64,000 bases of DNA, taken from assembly GCA_963678065.2 (NCBI GenBank), contig CAXXVZ010000004.1:544001-608000 (forward strand), written 5' to 3'. Below are positions 48,105 through 59,000 of the stretch, piece after piece. The notes beneath the pieces are model-generated. The model ran no database searches and was not told the origin of the DNA. It worked only from the letters and a program-made list of their open reading frames with translations. Position numbers and translations under genes: made by a program. Each line of letters starts with the position of its first letter. Positions within the stretch are counted from its first letter, which is position 1. This stretch comes from Treponemataceae bacterium (GTDB lineage: Bacteria; Spirochaetota; Spirochaetia; Treponematales; Rectinemataceae).

Positions 48105-49835
48105 TTATGCTTTCCTCCAGCTGATGGAGACATGCTTCTTGCCCAGGACATCCGTCTCGAAATCGAAGATGAGGCGCGAAACGAAGAGGGCGGTGAAAAG
48201 GCTCGTTATGTTGCCGATAGCGAGCGATACGGCGAAGCCCTGGATAGGCCCGGACCCGAGCTGGGCCAGGAACAGGGCGGCGATGATCGTCGTTATGTTG
48301 GAGTCCATGACGGCCCAGAAGGCTTTGTCGAAGCCGGTGTTGATGACCGCCTTGCGAGCCTTACCCAGAACTATTTCTTCCTTCATGCGCTCGAAGATGA
48401 CGACGCTCGCGTCGACGGCCATTCCGACCGTGAGGACGAAGCCGGCGATGGACGGCAGGGTGAGTGTCAATTTGAAAGCCGTGAGGACTGCGAGCATTAT
48501 GTAGAGGTTGAGTATCTGGGCGATCGTGGCGTTGAAGCCGGCGCCTTTGTAATACGCAAACATGAAAACGAAGACTCCGAGGATTCCGACCAGGATCGCC
48601 GTCCGTCCCTGTGCGATGGAGTCCTCGCCGAGGGATGCGCCGATCGCCTGCTGGCTCACGACGGAAAGTTCGATGGGAAGCGCGGCCGTCCTGAGGAGCC
48701 GGGCCAGGTTGTTGGCTTCATCTGCGCCGAATCCGGTGATGCGGACCTGGTCGTGGATCGGCTCGGAGATCCGGGCGCTCGCCTTGATGCGGTCGTCGAG
48801 GACGACGCACATCGTCTTCCCGACGTTGTCGGATGTGAGCTTGTAGAACAAGTCGCCGCCCTGCTTGTCGAGGGCGAAATTGGTGTCGGGCTGACCGGTG
48901 ATGGAATCCGTGGAAACCTGGGCGCTCTGGACGTGAGTTCCGTCGAGTCCGGCTTCCTGTTTGATGACAAGGTAGCGACCCGTGAACTGGTCGAGGCCGT
49001 AGGTGTCCTTTTCGTAGACTTTACGGATGACGGAGCCCGCGGCGATCATTGTGGGATCGGCGACGGTCATCGTGCGCTCGTCGACGGCGAGGGGTTCTTG
49101 CTGGAGCAGAGCCTGCAATTTCGTGTTGGACTCGTCGTCGACAATATGGAAGGCGAGACTGCCACGTCCCATGATGATGGAGTTGATGCGCTCGGGGTCC
49201 GGCGTGCCGGGAATCTCGACGTAGATCTGATCCTCGCCCTGCTGGCGGATGACGGGTTCGGTGAGGCCGAAGGTGTCGATGCGGCTGTTGAGGATCTCGA
49301 TGCCGCGCTTCATGGCGTCTTCGCGCTCGGAAGCGGATAGCTGGTGGCCCACCTTCCCGGCGAGAGCCTTCATGTCGGCCTGGATGATGACGCTCATGCC
49401 ACCGGAGAGGTCGAGACCGAGCTGGATGGCGTTGCCGTGACGGTTCTTGAGGTCAAGGACGCGCTTGCGGTAGAAGCCTTCGACAGAGTCGAAGGCGGCG
49501 CGTTCGCTCTCGAAGCCGGAGAGGGTCGCCTGGGCGGTCCAGGCCTTCGGCGCAGCTTTTTTGGCGACCTTGTATGCCTTCGCGGCGAGGGCGGCGACTT
49601 CGCTGTAATCCTTGGCGACGGATTTTTCGTCTCCGGCCGCGGCGAGCTTCTTGAGTTCGGTCAGCTCGGCGTAGGCCATGCGGCGCGAATACTCGCGGAT
49701 CTGTTCGCGAGAACCGACGGCGAGAGCCTGGTCCTCTTTCGGTGTGAGGAAATACCACTGAATGGTCGGGAACAGGAAGGCGAGCGCGATGGCGAGCACC
49801 GCAAGAACGATGATGAATCGTTTGGTTTTACTCAT
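48105..49835 (-). CDS. secD: protein translocase subunit SecD
   Basis: LGLDLSGG, RIDTFGLTEP, IGASLG, GMAVDASVVIFERMKEE and DSNITT motifs. Confidence 0.95.
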   Translation of the reverse strand: MSKTKRFIIVLAVLAIALAFLFPTIQWYFLTPKEDQALAVGSREQIREYSRRMAYAELTELKKLAAAGDEKSVAKDYSEVAALAAKAYKVAKKAAPKAWTAQATLSGFESERAAFDSVEGFYRKRVLDLKNRHGNAIQLGLDLSGGMSVIIQADMKALAGKVGHQLSASEREDAMKRGIEILNSRIDTFGLTEPVIRQQGEDQIYVEIPGTPDPERINSIIMGRGSLAFHIVDDESNTKLQALLQQEPLAVDERTMTVADPTMIAAGSVIRKVYEKDTYGLDQFTGRYLVIKQEAGLDGTHVQSAQVSTDSITGQPDTNFALDKQGGDLFYKLTSDNVGKTMCVVLDDRIKASARISEPIHDQVRITGFGADEANNLARLLRTAALPIELSVVSQQAIGASLGEDSIAQGRTAILVGILGVFVFMFAYYKGAGFNATIAQILNLYIMLAVLTAFKLTLTLPSIAGFVLTVGMAVDASVVIFERMKEEIVLGKARKAVINTGFDKAFWAVMDSNITTIIAALFLAQLGSGPIQGFAVSLAIGNITSLFTALFVSRLIFDFETDVLGKKHVSISWRKA

Positions 49836-49928
49836 TCCGGCAACTCCAGGAGATTGATGGTCATCGCGCGCCGGAGCATCCGGGGAACCGGTGCATCCAG
49901 CGGCGCAGACCTCGCGTACGTTTGAGGC

Positions 49929-50333
49929 TTATTTTTTTCCGTCCGCGGAAGGCGCGGATTCAGCCGACTTGTCGGCAATTTTGTCGACCGGCTTGTCCTG
50001 AGTCTTTTCGTCCGTCTTGTTGACGACGGAGGCGATGGCGGACTTGGAGAACTCGATGCGGGCCTCGTCGTCGACCTTGACGATCACCGTGGTTTCCTTG
50101 ACAGCGTGGACGACTCCGTGCACTCCGCCAATCGTGACGATCTTGTCGCCTTTCTTGACGGCCGAGATCATTTTTTGGGCATCTTTCTGCTTCTTGTTCT
50201 GGGGCCGGATGATGAGGAAGTAGAAAATGACGAAGACCAGGCCGAATGTCACGAGAGTGGACAACATCTGCATGGTCGAGTTGCCGCCGGCGGCGGCCTG
50301 CATCAGGGCGAGGTTCGGAAGAATAGCGTTCAT
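49929..50333 (-). CDS. yajC: preprotein translocase subunit YajC
   Basis: FYFLIIRPQNKKQK...KKGDKIVTIGGVHG; TTGACG-18-TAGCTT at 50365-50394. Confidence 0.95.
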   Translation of the reverse strand: MNAILPNLALMQAAAGGNSTMQMLSTLVTFGLVFVIFYFLIIRPQNKKQKDAQKMISAVKKGDKIVTIGGVHGVVHAVKETTVIVKVDDEARIEFSKSAIASVVNKTDEKTQDKPVDKIADKSAESAPSADGKK

Positions 50334-50474
50334 ATAGGTTTCCTTATAAGGAAAGATTCGGAGCAAGCTAACACGGAACGGGAAGCGACGTCAAGTTTTA
50401 TCGTCCCCACTGGAGAGGATGGGCCGGCCGCGACAGAAAAGAGATTCCGTCCGCAGCCGGCACACATCGCGGGA

Positions 50475-51416
50475 TCAGGCCGTGATGATGGTTCCGGCTG
50501 CGCCGTCCACCGCCGCGCTCGCGTTTTGCATGGAAGTGATGATGACTTTTGTTCCGCCGCGCCTTATGAAGTCGCAGGCGGCCTCGATCTTCGGCCCCAT
50601 CGATCCCTTGGGGAATTGGCCTTCGGCCAGGTACTTCTCGCACTCGGCGACCGTCATCCTGTCGAAATACTTCTGGTCGGGCTTCTTGTAGTTGATCGCG
50701 ACCCTGTCAACGCCGGTCAGGATGAGAAGTTCGTCGGCCGCGATGAGGTTGGCGAGGAGGGCCGAGGCGCGGTCCTTGTCGATCACCGCGTCGACGCCGG
50801 AGAGCGTGCCGTCGGCGTCGCGCTTGACGGGGACTCCCCCGCCGCCGACCGCGATGACGACCTTGCCGTCGTCGATGAGGTCCCTGATCGTGTCCTTCTC
50901 GATCACGTCCAAGGGAAGGGGCGAAGCGACGACGCGGCGGAAACCGCGACCGGGATCGGCCTTGACGATCCATCCGCGCCTTGAGAGCGATTCGACCTGC
51001 TCTTCCTTGTAAAAGGGACCGACATACTTTGTGGGGTTGAGCATGGAGGGATCGGCGGGGTCGACCTCGACCTGGGTGACCACGGTGACGACGTCCTTCT
51101 TCACGCCCGCGAGGTGGAGGGCGTTGCCGAGGCACTGGGCGAGCATGTAGCCCATGGACCCCTGCGTGTCGGCCACGATGACGTTGAGGCTGGCGGGAGG
51201 AACCTGCCGTGAAGCCGCCTCGTTCCTTATGAGGTGGACTCCAGCCTGGGGACCGTTGCCGTGAGAAAGGACAACCTTGTGCCCTTCGGCTATCATGCCG
51301 ACTATCGCATCCATGCTCTTCCGGGTATTCGCAAACTGCTGGTCTATCGTGCCTTCGGTGCCCTCTTCTATGATGGCGTTTCCCCCGAGGGCGACTACGA
51401 TGGTTTTCCTGTTCAT
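50475..51416 (-). CDS. arcC: carbamate kinase
   Basis: VVALGGNA, SHGNGPQ, TQGSMGY, NPTKYVGPFY, RRVVASP, AVIDKD and GSMGPK motifs. Confidence 0.95.
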   Translation of the reverse strand: MNRKTIVVALGGNAIIEEGTEGTIDQQFANTRKSMDAIVGMIAEGHKVVLSHGNGPQAGVHLIRNEAASRQVPPASLNVIVADTQGSMGYMLAQCLGNALHLAGVKKDVVTVVTQVEVDPADPSMLNPTKYVGPFYKEEQVESLSRRGWIVKADPGRGFRRVVASPLPLDVIEKDTIRDLIDDGKVVIAVGGGGVPVKRDADGTLSGVDAVIDKDRASALLANLIAADELLILTGVDRVAINYKKPDQKYFDRMTVAECEKYLAEGQFPKGSMGPKIEAACDFIRRGGTKVIITSMQNASAAVDGAAGTIITA

Positions 51417-51695
51417 GCGCGCTCCTTTTCTCGGAATCCGTGATTCAGGCGGATCCGGCAAAGGGTCGATTATAGTCCGGAAATCTTTTGCAGGCAAGAA
51501 AGAAGGATTCAATCGATGAACCGCATGGATATGCAAACCGGCGGAGTATATGAGGACATTTTTCTATAAAATTCCGGATATTTCCCGAGGATGCCAGGAT
51601 TCATGAATATTTCCACTCATCGCGGGCACAGACCCGCATCGGACAGCTCTTTCTGCTTCGTCTGTCCAAGCCTGTCCGGCTCGGTCCGGCGCCCT

Positions 51696-51875
51696 TCAGT
51701 GGACGGCGTCGTCGCAGGCTTCGTCGGGGTCTTTCAGTCGCGAGTGCTCGGCGCTCTGCGCCTTCGTGCAAGGTTCGGCCGCCATGGGCGCGCCGCAGCA
51801 CTCGGGAACCGGATCTTTCTCGTCGATGGTGACATCGCCGCCGCAACTTTCGCAATAGTATGTTTTTTTTGCCAT
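51696..51875 (-). CDS. small Cys-rich protein with desulforedoxin-like CxxC...CC motif (59 aa)
   Basis: Strong GAGGAGG RBS; MAKKTYYCESCGGDVTIDEKDPVPECCGAPMAAEPCTKAQSAEHSRLKDPDEACDDAVH. Confidence 0.72.
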   Translation of the reverse strand: MAKKTYYCESCGGDVTIDEKDPVPECCGAPMAAEPCTKAQSAEHSRLKDPDEACDDAVH

Positions 51876-52062
51876 GGAGTCCTCCTCGGTGATCGTTTTC
51901 AGGGCGGCTTTGAGGGCAGCCCTACGGTGACAGCGGCCGCGGCACGGGCCTTCCATTCAATATAGCCACGTTCCCGCGCAGGGTAAACGCCACAAGCGCG
52001 GAACGGATCCGCGGATCAGATCCGGCTTCACGGGAAGGCCTGGGCGCGTTTATACTGATGTC

Positions 52063-52926
52063 ATGAAAATCATCAGGGCGGCCGTGATGGGCCGCTGCAT
52101 GGGAGTCAAGCGCGCAGTCGACCTGGCCCTCAAGGCTGCGGAGGCGGCGGGCGCGAACACGGTATTCACCCTCGGCCCCCTCATCCACAATCCTCAGGCC
52201 ATAGCCGAACTCGAGCGCAAGGGTGTCTCGGTCCTCGGCGAGGAGGATCTCGACGAGAGGATATGCGGAAGCGTTGTCATCGTCCGCGCTCACGGCGCTC
52301 CTCCGGCCCTCATGGAGAGACTCGCGGAACTGGGAGCCACCATCGTCGACGCGACCTGTCCCCGCGTCCTCGCGAGCCAGAGAAAGGCGAGAGACTTCCA
52401 CGCGCGCGGATTCACCGTCGTCATCGCCGGAGACCTGAATCACGGCGAAGTCGCGGGAATCGTGGGGCAGGCTCCGGGCGCCCACGTGGTCGGGAACGCT
52501 GCCGAGGCCGCGAGGACAGCCCGACTCATCCCTCATGGTCCCGTGGCCCTTCTCGCCCAGACAACCATCAGGGCCGAGGAGTACGCATCCATCAGGAAAG
52601 AGCTTGAGGCTGTCCACCCCTCGATCGTCGTCGTCGATTCCATATGCCCCGCGACCGAGGAGAGGCAGGCGGCCCTGGCCGAACTCGCGCGCTCGGTGGA
52701 CGCCATCGTCGTCGTCGGAGGGAGAGACTCGGCCAACACGCAGCGTCTGTACCGCGAGGCGGTGAGCTTCGGCCTTCCCGCCTGGCATGTCGAGACGGCG
52801 GCCGAGCTGCCTGCCGCGGTTTCCGGATACCCGCGAGTAGGTCTCACGGCGGGAGCCTCCACTCCCGACCTCCTTGTCGACGAAGTCGAGCGGGCGCTGC
52901 TTTACCGGCAGGCCGGCGCGTGCTAG
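52063..52926 (+). CDS. ispH: 4-hydroxy-3-methylbut-2-enyl diphosphate reductase
   Basis: [39 protein letters not shown] and TAGASTP motifs. Confidence 0.95.
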   Translation: MKIIRAAVMGRCMGVKRAVDLALKAAEAAGANTVFTLGPLIHNPQAIAELERKGVSVLGEEDLDERICGSVVIVRAHGAPPALMERLAELGATIVDATCPRVLASQRKARDFHARGFTVVIAGDLNHGEVAGIVGQAPGAHVVGNAAEAARTARLIPHGPVALLAQTTIRAEEYASIRKELEAVHPSIVVVDSICPATEERQAALAELARSVDAIVVVGGRDSANTQRLYREAVSFGLPAWHVETAAELPAAVSGYPRVGLTAGASTPDLLVDEVERALLYRQAGAC

Positions 52927-52937
52927 GGTCTGTGAGC

Positions 52938-53561
52938 ATGACACCACCCAAAGTCATCGGCATCTGCGGCGGTTCCGGTTCGGGCAAGACGACCATTGTC
53001 CGGAAAATCTCGGAACTCGTCAGCGACTTCGTCTTCGTCCCCCAGGACAACTACTACAAGTCGGCGGCCCACATTTCGAACGCCAACATCACGGCCTTCA
53101 ATTTCGATCACCCCGACGCCTTCGACAACGATCTCATCATCGAACACCTGCAGAAACTCAGGAAAGGCGAGGCCATAGACATGCCGGTCTACGACTTCGT
53201 CCACCACAGGAGGACGGAGGAGACGATCCACGTCGAGGCGAAGGGCATGGTGATCTTCGAGGGCATCATGATCTTCACGAACAAGGCCGTGCGCGACCTC
53301 ATCGACCTGAAGATCTATGTCGACACGCCGGACGACATCCGCTTCATCCGCCGCCTTCTGCGCGACATCAAAGAGCGCGGCAGGACACTCGATTCCGTAG
53401 TCGAGCAGTACATGACCGTGGTCAGGCCCGGCCAGTACGAGTTCATCGAGCCGACGAAGAATTTCGCGGACATCATCATCCCCGAAGGCGGGTCGAACGA
53501 GAGAGCCCTCGAAGTACTCGTGACCTTCATGAACTCGGTCGTATCCGCGGCGCACAACTGA
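52938..53561 (+). CDS. udk: uridine kinase
   Basis: [28 protein letters not shown] and [15 protein letters not shown] motifs. Confidence 0.95.
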   Translation: MTPPKVIGICGGSGSGKTTIVRKISELVSDFVFVPQDNYYKSAAHISNANITAFNFDHPDAFDNDLIIEHLQKLRKGEAIDMPVYDFVHHRRTEETIHVEAKGMVIFEGIMIFTNKAVRDLIDLKIYVDTPDDIRFIRRLLRDIKERGRTLDSVVEQYMTVVRPGQYEFIEPTKNFADIIIPEGGSNERALEVLVTFMNSVVSAAHN

Positions 53562-53619
53562 GGCCGCCCGCGCGCGGCCCCGGGAAAGCGGAGCTTAGGG
53601 AAACGCCGGCTTCCGGATT

Positions 53620-56019
53620 TCATCTGACACGCATTCGCGCATACGCCATTTCCCGCCCCGAAACCTGGATCGACAGGCGGAAGTCCCCTCTGACGAGAGG
53701 GAGGACGATCCTTCCGCCTTCGGAGACAGGGGCCCGCGCCGCGCCGTCGACATAGAGCCACGCTGTCTTTCCCGCGGGGATGGATGAAAGCCCTTCGAGC
53801 CTGATGCCGATAGCCTGATCTGCCTGGGGCAGGGATGGGTCGATGTAGAAGAGAGCTCCGTCGCGGGGGTGGACGAAACGGAGGGCTGTCGGGACAAGGC
53901 CGGGGGATGCCGCCGCCGGGGTGGACCCCGAGGGGCTTCCCGGAATTCCGGCCGCAGGGCCGAAGGCCGAAGGATCGCCCGCCGCCACCGTCCTTCCCGG
54001 GGTGGAATGCAGATCGCAGGGGCCGGGGAGCGGAATGCCCCGCGGCATGTACTCGACCAGGGTTCCCGGGCATGCGGGAGTGGCCGCGAGGCCGGAACTC
54101 GCGCAGATTTCGACCTTCGACGCATCGGGGACGGGAGGAAAGCGGGAGTCCGGTTTCGCGATGGCATCGAGAACTTCCACGAGGACGGCGGCGGGAACGC
54201 CCGAACTCCGCGCGCCGATGAGGGTTTCTCCCGTGAAATTGCCCATCCAGATTCCGGCCGTGTAATCGGGAGTGGCGCCCAGGGCCCAGACATGCTGGAA
54301 CTGGTTGGCCGTGCCGGTCTTGAACATCGCGTCATACTCGCGCGAAAGGAGCCTGCCGTGCGCGAACCCGGCGAAGCGGCTCGGCTGGTCCGAGAGGATG
54401 TCGCGGATGATTCCGGCGGCGTAGGGCGACATGACGCGGACAGCTCCACCGGGAAAGGCCGTGCCGAGCGGGGCGGCGCCGGGAGTCGGAACGGAGAGCG
54501 GGGCCGGGGAAGGAGTCATCGCCGGAGCGGCGGTGGCCCTGAGCGAGATCGAAAGTCCTCCGCGGGGAAAGGCAGAGAAAGCGCGCACGAGCTCGAAAAG
54601 GCTCACGGGCGCGTTCCCGAGGGCGAGCCCGACGCCGGCCTCGTCCTCCATCCCCTCCATGGTGGAGAATCCGAGGCGCCTGAGGTAGCGGACAAAGCGG
54701 GGGACGCCAACCCGCTCGAGGGTGTGGACGGCGGGCACGTTGAGGCTCGAGGCGAGGGCGACGCGGAGTCTCAAGAGGCCGTTGAAGCGATTGTTGAAAT
54801 TGACCGGGACATATGCCTCCTCCGAGCCGAAATCGGCAGGCAGATCGGGCAGGATAGTCGCGGGGGTGAATCCGTCTTCCATGGCCAGCGCGTAGAGGAA
54901 GGGCTTCAGGCAGGAGCCTGGCTGGTTCGGCGCACGCACGCCGTCGATCTGTCCCTTTGCCGCGCCGTCGCTGAAGTCGACAGACCCGACCCAGGCGAGA
55001 ATTTCGCCAGTCCTGTTGTCCACGACGAGCCCCGCCCCGTTCGTCATCCTGTACTGTCGGTTTTCGGCGATTTTTTTCGCGAGAGCCGATACGAGCCTCC
55101 TCTGGATATCGGGATCGATGCTCGTCCGGAGTTCGCTCTGAGCTCGGGCCTGAGCGCCGTCCCTGCTACCAGGGAGACCGGACGCGAACCACTGCCTTAT
55201 GAAGTGCGGCGCGACGGACTCAGGATAGGAGAAGTCGCGCGCGTTCCGGGAGCTCTCTGCCGTCCCGCGGGCAAGGGCGACGAAGTGTGCGGGCGAGAGG
55301 TCGGGGACGAGGGAGGCGGGAAGTCCGAGGGAGCCGGCGAGCTTCGCCGCGGCCGCGCCTGAAGTCCCTGGATCGGAGCGGGGATCGTAGCGCGAGGGGC
55401 GTCGGGGAATCACGGCGAGTATGCACAGCTCCGCGGGCGTCAGCAGGCCTACCGATTTGCCGAAGTACAGACGCGAGGCGGAGGCCAGCCCCTCGGTCAT
55501 CGAGCCAAAGGGGACAGAGTTGAGATAGAGTCCCAGGATCGCCTTCTTCGGCATCTTCGCCTCGATCCTGAGCGCGTCGAAAGCGTCCGCGAGCTTGCCT
55601 CTCAGTCCGCCGCGGCCGGGCTTCACGAGTCGGGCGAGCTGCATTGTGATGGTCGAAGCCCCGCTCACCGTCCGCCCGGCCGAGAGGTCGAGAAAAAAAC
55701 TGCGGACGATGGCGACGGGGTCCACGCCGGGGTGGAGAAAAAACCGTCTGTCCTCGCTTCCCGTAAAAACCCGCACGGTTTCGCGCGGGAGGTCGGAGAG
55801 GGCCGCGTATTCGCGCTTCATGCCGCCGGGAGCCGGCAGAATGGCGAGGAGCTCCCCCACCCTGTCGAGGACGCGGGTCGAGTACCCGCGCGTTCTGAAC
55901 GCGGCCAGCTCGGGATAAGGCGCAAGGGCAAGGGCGAGAGTCATCCCGGCCGCGAGGCAGGCCAGGCCGACGACAGCTCCGATCAGCCTGCGCCGGCGGG
56001 GAGCCTCGCCGAAGATCAT
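53620..56019 (-). CDS. pbpC: penicillin-binding protein 1C
   Basis: Transglycosylase EDRRFFLHPGVD and SGASTITMQLARL; transpeptidase GSCLKP, SLN and KTGT; directly downstream of the A2M gene. Confidence 0.92.
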   Translation of the reverse strand: MIFGEAPRRRRLIGAVVGLACLAAGMTLALALAPYPELAAFRTRGYSTRVLDRVGELLAILPAPGGMKREYAALSDLPRETVRVFTGSEDRRFFLHPGVDPVAIVRSFFLDLSAGRTVSGASTITMQLARLVKPGRGGLRGKLADAFDALRIEAKMPKKAILGLYLNSVPFGSMTEGLASASRLYFGKSVGLLTPAELCILAVIPRRPSRYDPRSDPGTSGAAAAKLAGSLGLPASLVPDLSPAHFVALARGTAESSRNARDFSYPESVAPHFIRQWFASGLPGSRDGAQARAQSELRTSIDPDIQRRLVSALAKKIAENRQYRMTNGAGLVVDNRTGEILAWVGSVDFSDGAAKGQIDGVRAPNQPGSCLKPFLYALAMEDGFTPATILPDLPADFGSEEAYVPVNFNNRFNGLLRLRVALASSLNVPAVHTLERVGVPRFVRYLRRLGFSTMEGMEDEAGVGLALGNAPVSLFELVRAFSAFPRGGLSISLRATAAPAMTPSPAPLSVPTPGAAPLGTAFPGGAVRVMSPYAAGIIRDILSDQPSRFAGFAHGRLLSREYDAMFKTGTANQFQHVWALGATPDYTAGIWMGNFTGETLIGARSSGVPAAVLVEVLDAIAKPDSRFPPVPDASKVEICASSGLAATPACPGTLVEYMPRGIPLPGPCDLHSTPGRTVAAGDPSAFGPAAGIPGSPSGSTPAAASPGLVPTALRFVHPRDGALFYIDPSLPQADQAIGIRLEGLSSIPAGKTAWLYVDGAARAPVSEGGRIVLPLVRGDFRLSIQVSGREMAYARMRVR

Positions 56020-59000
56020 CGCCGGGTACCCTCCCCGATGACCGTGACGCCTCCCGCTCCGCGTCCGAAAAACTCCGGCTCGTACATGCATTCCGCGACC
56101 GCCGGCGGAACGGGAAAGGTGCCCGCCGTGCCGGCGCGGAAGACGAACTCCATCTCCCGCTGCCCTTTTTCAAAGAAATCGATGAAATACCGGACTTCAT
56201 TGTCGAAGATCGATTGCAGGGCTTCGGGCACCCAGGCATCGGGATTCTCGACTTGCCCGCCGTCGGCTTCTCCGCCTGCGCGCGGCTTTTCCTTTACGCG
56301 CGCCGTTGTGACGAATCTCGAATCGAGAATCTCACATCCCGAAGCGACAGGCACGCGCAGGGCCACGAAGGATCTGTCCCGCGGACTGGAGACGACAATC
56401 TTCATCCGGTAAAGGGAGCCTTCGGTGAGCCGGGATCTGTCGGCCGGCTTGCCGTCAAGGGAGAGGACTTCGGTGAAGACGCCGAGCCCCTCGTCCCTGG
56501 GCAAAGCCAGCTCCTCGGGGAGCGAGTAGCGGAGAGTCGCGGCGTAGTGCAGAGGAAGTCCGCCCGGACTCCGGAAGTCGAGAGGGAGGGTCATGCCGCG
56601 GGGGAGCTCTCGCAGCGGCGATTCATCGAGGGCGAGGTGCAGCGCCGACGAGGGTCCCTCCCCGAACGTGGTTTCGAGAAGAATCTTGCCCCCCGCCGCG
56701 ACGCTGCCACCGGCGATTCCGGACGGAGCGGGCGCTGTCGCCGGAGCTGTGGCAAAGGCCGCTCGCTCCTCGTCGTCGATGACGAGAGAAAGCGCGCGCA
56801 GAGCCCAGACGGTCTCGGCCGTCGACCTCCAGTATCCGCCGGCCTGGCTGGAGAGCAGGGTTCGGGCAAGCTTCCCCGTGAGCTCGCTTTCGGGATCGAT
56901 GGCGCGGGACAGCATGAGGACGAGGCTCATGGCATCGGTATCCGAGGCGGCTTCGGAGTACCAGGACGAGGTTACGGGGGCGGGATCGGTGAGATCCACG
57001 CCGCGGAGAGAGGGCACAAGGTAGTTGCGGATCGACGAGAACACCCTGCCCGCCGAGTCCCTGTCGCCCGAAGCGGCCAGAGCGAGGCCCGCGAAGGCGT
57101 AGGGGACGATACCGCCATTGGCCCCGTCTTTCAGGATTCCCTCGAGACGGGCGCGAACATCGAAGCCGTAGAGCGACAAGACATAGTCAGCATACGCAAA
57201 GAGATAGTCCCTGCCCGCCGTCGAGCCGGGTTGCGTCCCTTTCCGCCCCGGAGAGGAGGCGACCCAGGCGAGCAGCGCGCGCGTATCCACGGTTTCGGGG
57301 ACGGCGAATCCTCGTTCCTTAGCCTCGAAGAAAAGATGGGCGACGCGTATCGAGACATAGCGGTTCGGCGTCGTCCCATCGGGCCAATAAGGGAAGCCGC
57401 CGCCCGGCAATTGGCGCTTGGCGATGAAGGCGAGCCCCTCGTCGACGACGGCCCGCGGGCCCCGGACCCGGGAATCGATCCCGTACTTCTGCGCCCGATC
57501 GCCGAAGAGGACGAGTGGCTCGAGGGCCGAAACCCTCTGTTCGATGCAGCCGTAGGGGTAGGTGAAGAGGTAGGAGAACGCGCCCCCGAGGGCGGGGAGC
57601 AGGGACCGAGAGAGCACGATGTCCAGACTGCCCGGACCGAAATCCCGCGCTGGGAGAACGAGCCCCTCTTCGGCCTTCTCCTTCGTCGATCCGATCAGGG
57701 AAACGGACTCGAAGGTCCGGGGGCCTTCCACGGTCACCGATTGCGCGAGCGTTTCGGAAAATCCTTCCGTGTGCACCGAATAGCGGACATTTCCCGCCCC
57801 TTCCTTTGTCGCCATAAGGCGGAACTCGAGGCGGGCGCTCTCTCCTGGTTTGACGAGGACGCTCTTCTCCTTCCCGCCTTCGGCCGCGAAAAGAAGGTCA
57901 GAGGAACAGGAAACCGAGACGCGCCTGTCGGTCTTTTCCAGGTTCGTGATCATCAGGCCCGCGGAAACCGTATCCCGCAGGCGCAGAAGCTCCGGCATCA
58001 AAGCCACCGCGTTCACCGGATTTCGCACCTGTATTTCGCTCTCGACGATTCCGAAGCGGTCGGTATCCGCGGCGATGGCCGTGCACCTCCAGGTCGTGAG
58101 CGAGTCGGGCCAGGGGAAGCTCGCGACTGCCTTGCCCCGGGCATCGGTCTTGAGGAATGGAAGGAACACTGCCGTCGACCTGAAATCGCTCCTCTCCTCC
58201 CCCGCCTTGCCGTTGTCGCCCGCGCCTCCCTGCAAATCTTTCAGCTCATAGGTCACAGGGTCGAGGAGGAGGGAGCGCGAATCGGCGCCCATCGTCGCCA
58301 GGGGGAAGTTCCAGGGAGCGTAGAAATGGGCATGAGGATCGGGCACGTGGTAGTCGACGAGGTCGAGGACGCCACGGTCGGCCGCCATGAAGGAGACTTC
58401 GGCTCCCTGGATCGGCCTGCCCGCGCTGTCCGAGGCCGTGACCGTGACGGTCGCCTTCGATCCGGGGAGGTAGGAAGCGCGGTCGGGCTCGACCGTGAGG
58501 AAGATCCTCCGGGAGGGGGAATCGACGGCGAGAGCCGCGAGGCCGAACAGCCCTTTCGGCTTGTCCAGGTCGGGTTCGCCCCACTTCGTGGCGGCGGGAG
58601 CGGTCCTCACGGTGTAGGAGGACAGCGAGACATAGACGATGGGGAGATACTCTTCGCGGATTGGAATATCCACCGTGGATGTGGAACCCGCGAGTTCGAC
58701 GACGCGCTCCTCGAAAATGCCCTCGCGTTCGACGGTGAGGAGATAGCGGCCGGCGGGAAGGGGGGAGCGTATGAGGAGTTTTGCGGTTTCGCCGGGCAGA
58801 TAGAGCTGCCTGTCGGGTTTCAGGTCGATGGCTTCGGATCGCTCCGGATTCCAGCGCGCGTATCCGGACCCCGTGACGTAGACCGGAAGCGCCGTGACGG
58901 CTTCCCGGCCGGACGCGTCGCGCGTCGAGATCCTGACGAGGTATTCTCCCGCGGAATCGGGCGTGAAAGAAAAGGCGGCGGGCCGACCAGCGCCGGTAGC

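Noticed and set aside
47295..49340. 681-aa plus-strand ORF
   Set aside because: Antisense shadow of secD/secF.
51470..51625. AT-rich region upstream of carbamate kinase with TGAATATTTCCACTCA as a possible ArgR box
   Set aside because: The spacing does not fit the ARG-box consensus and there is no tandem box; unsupported.
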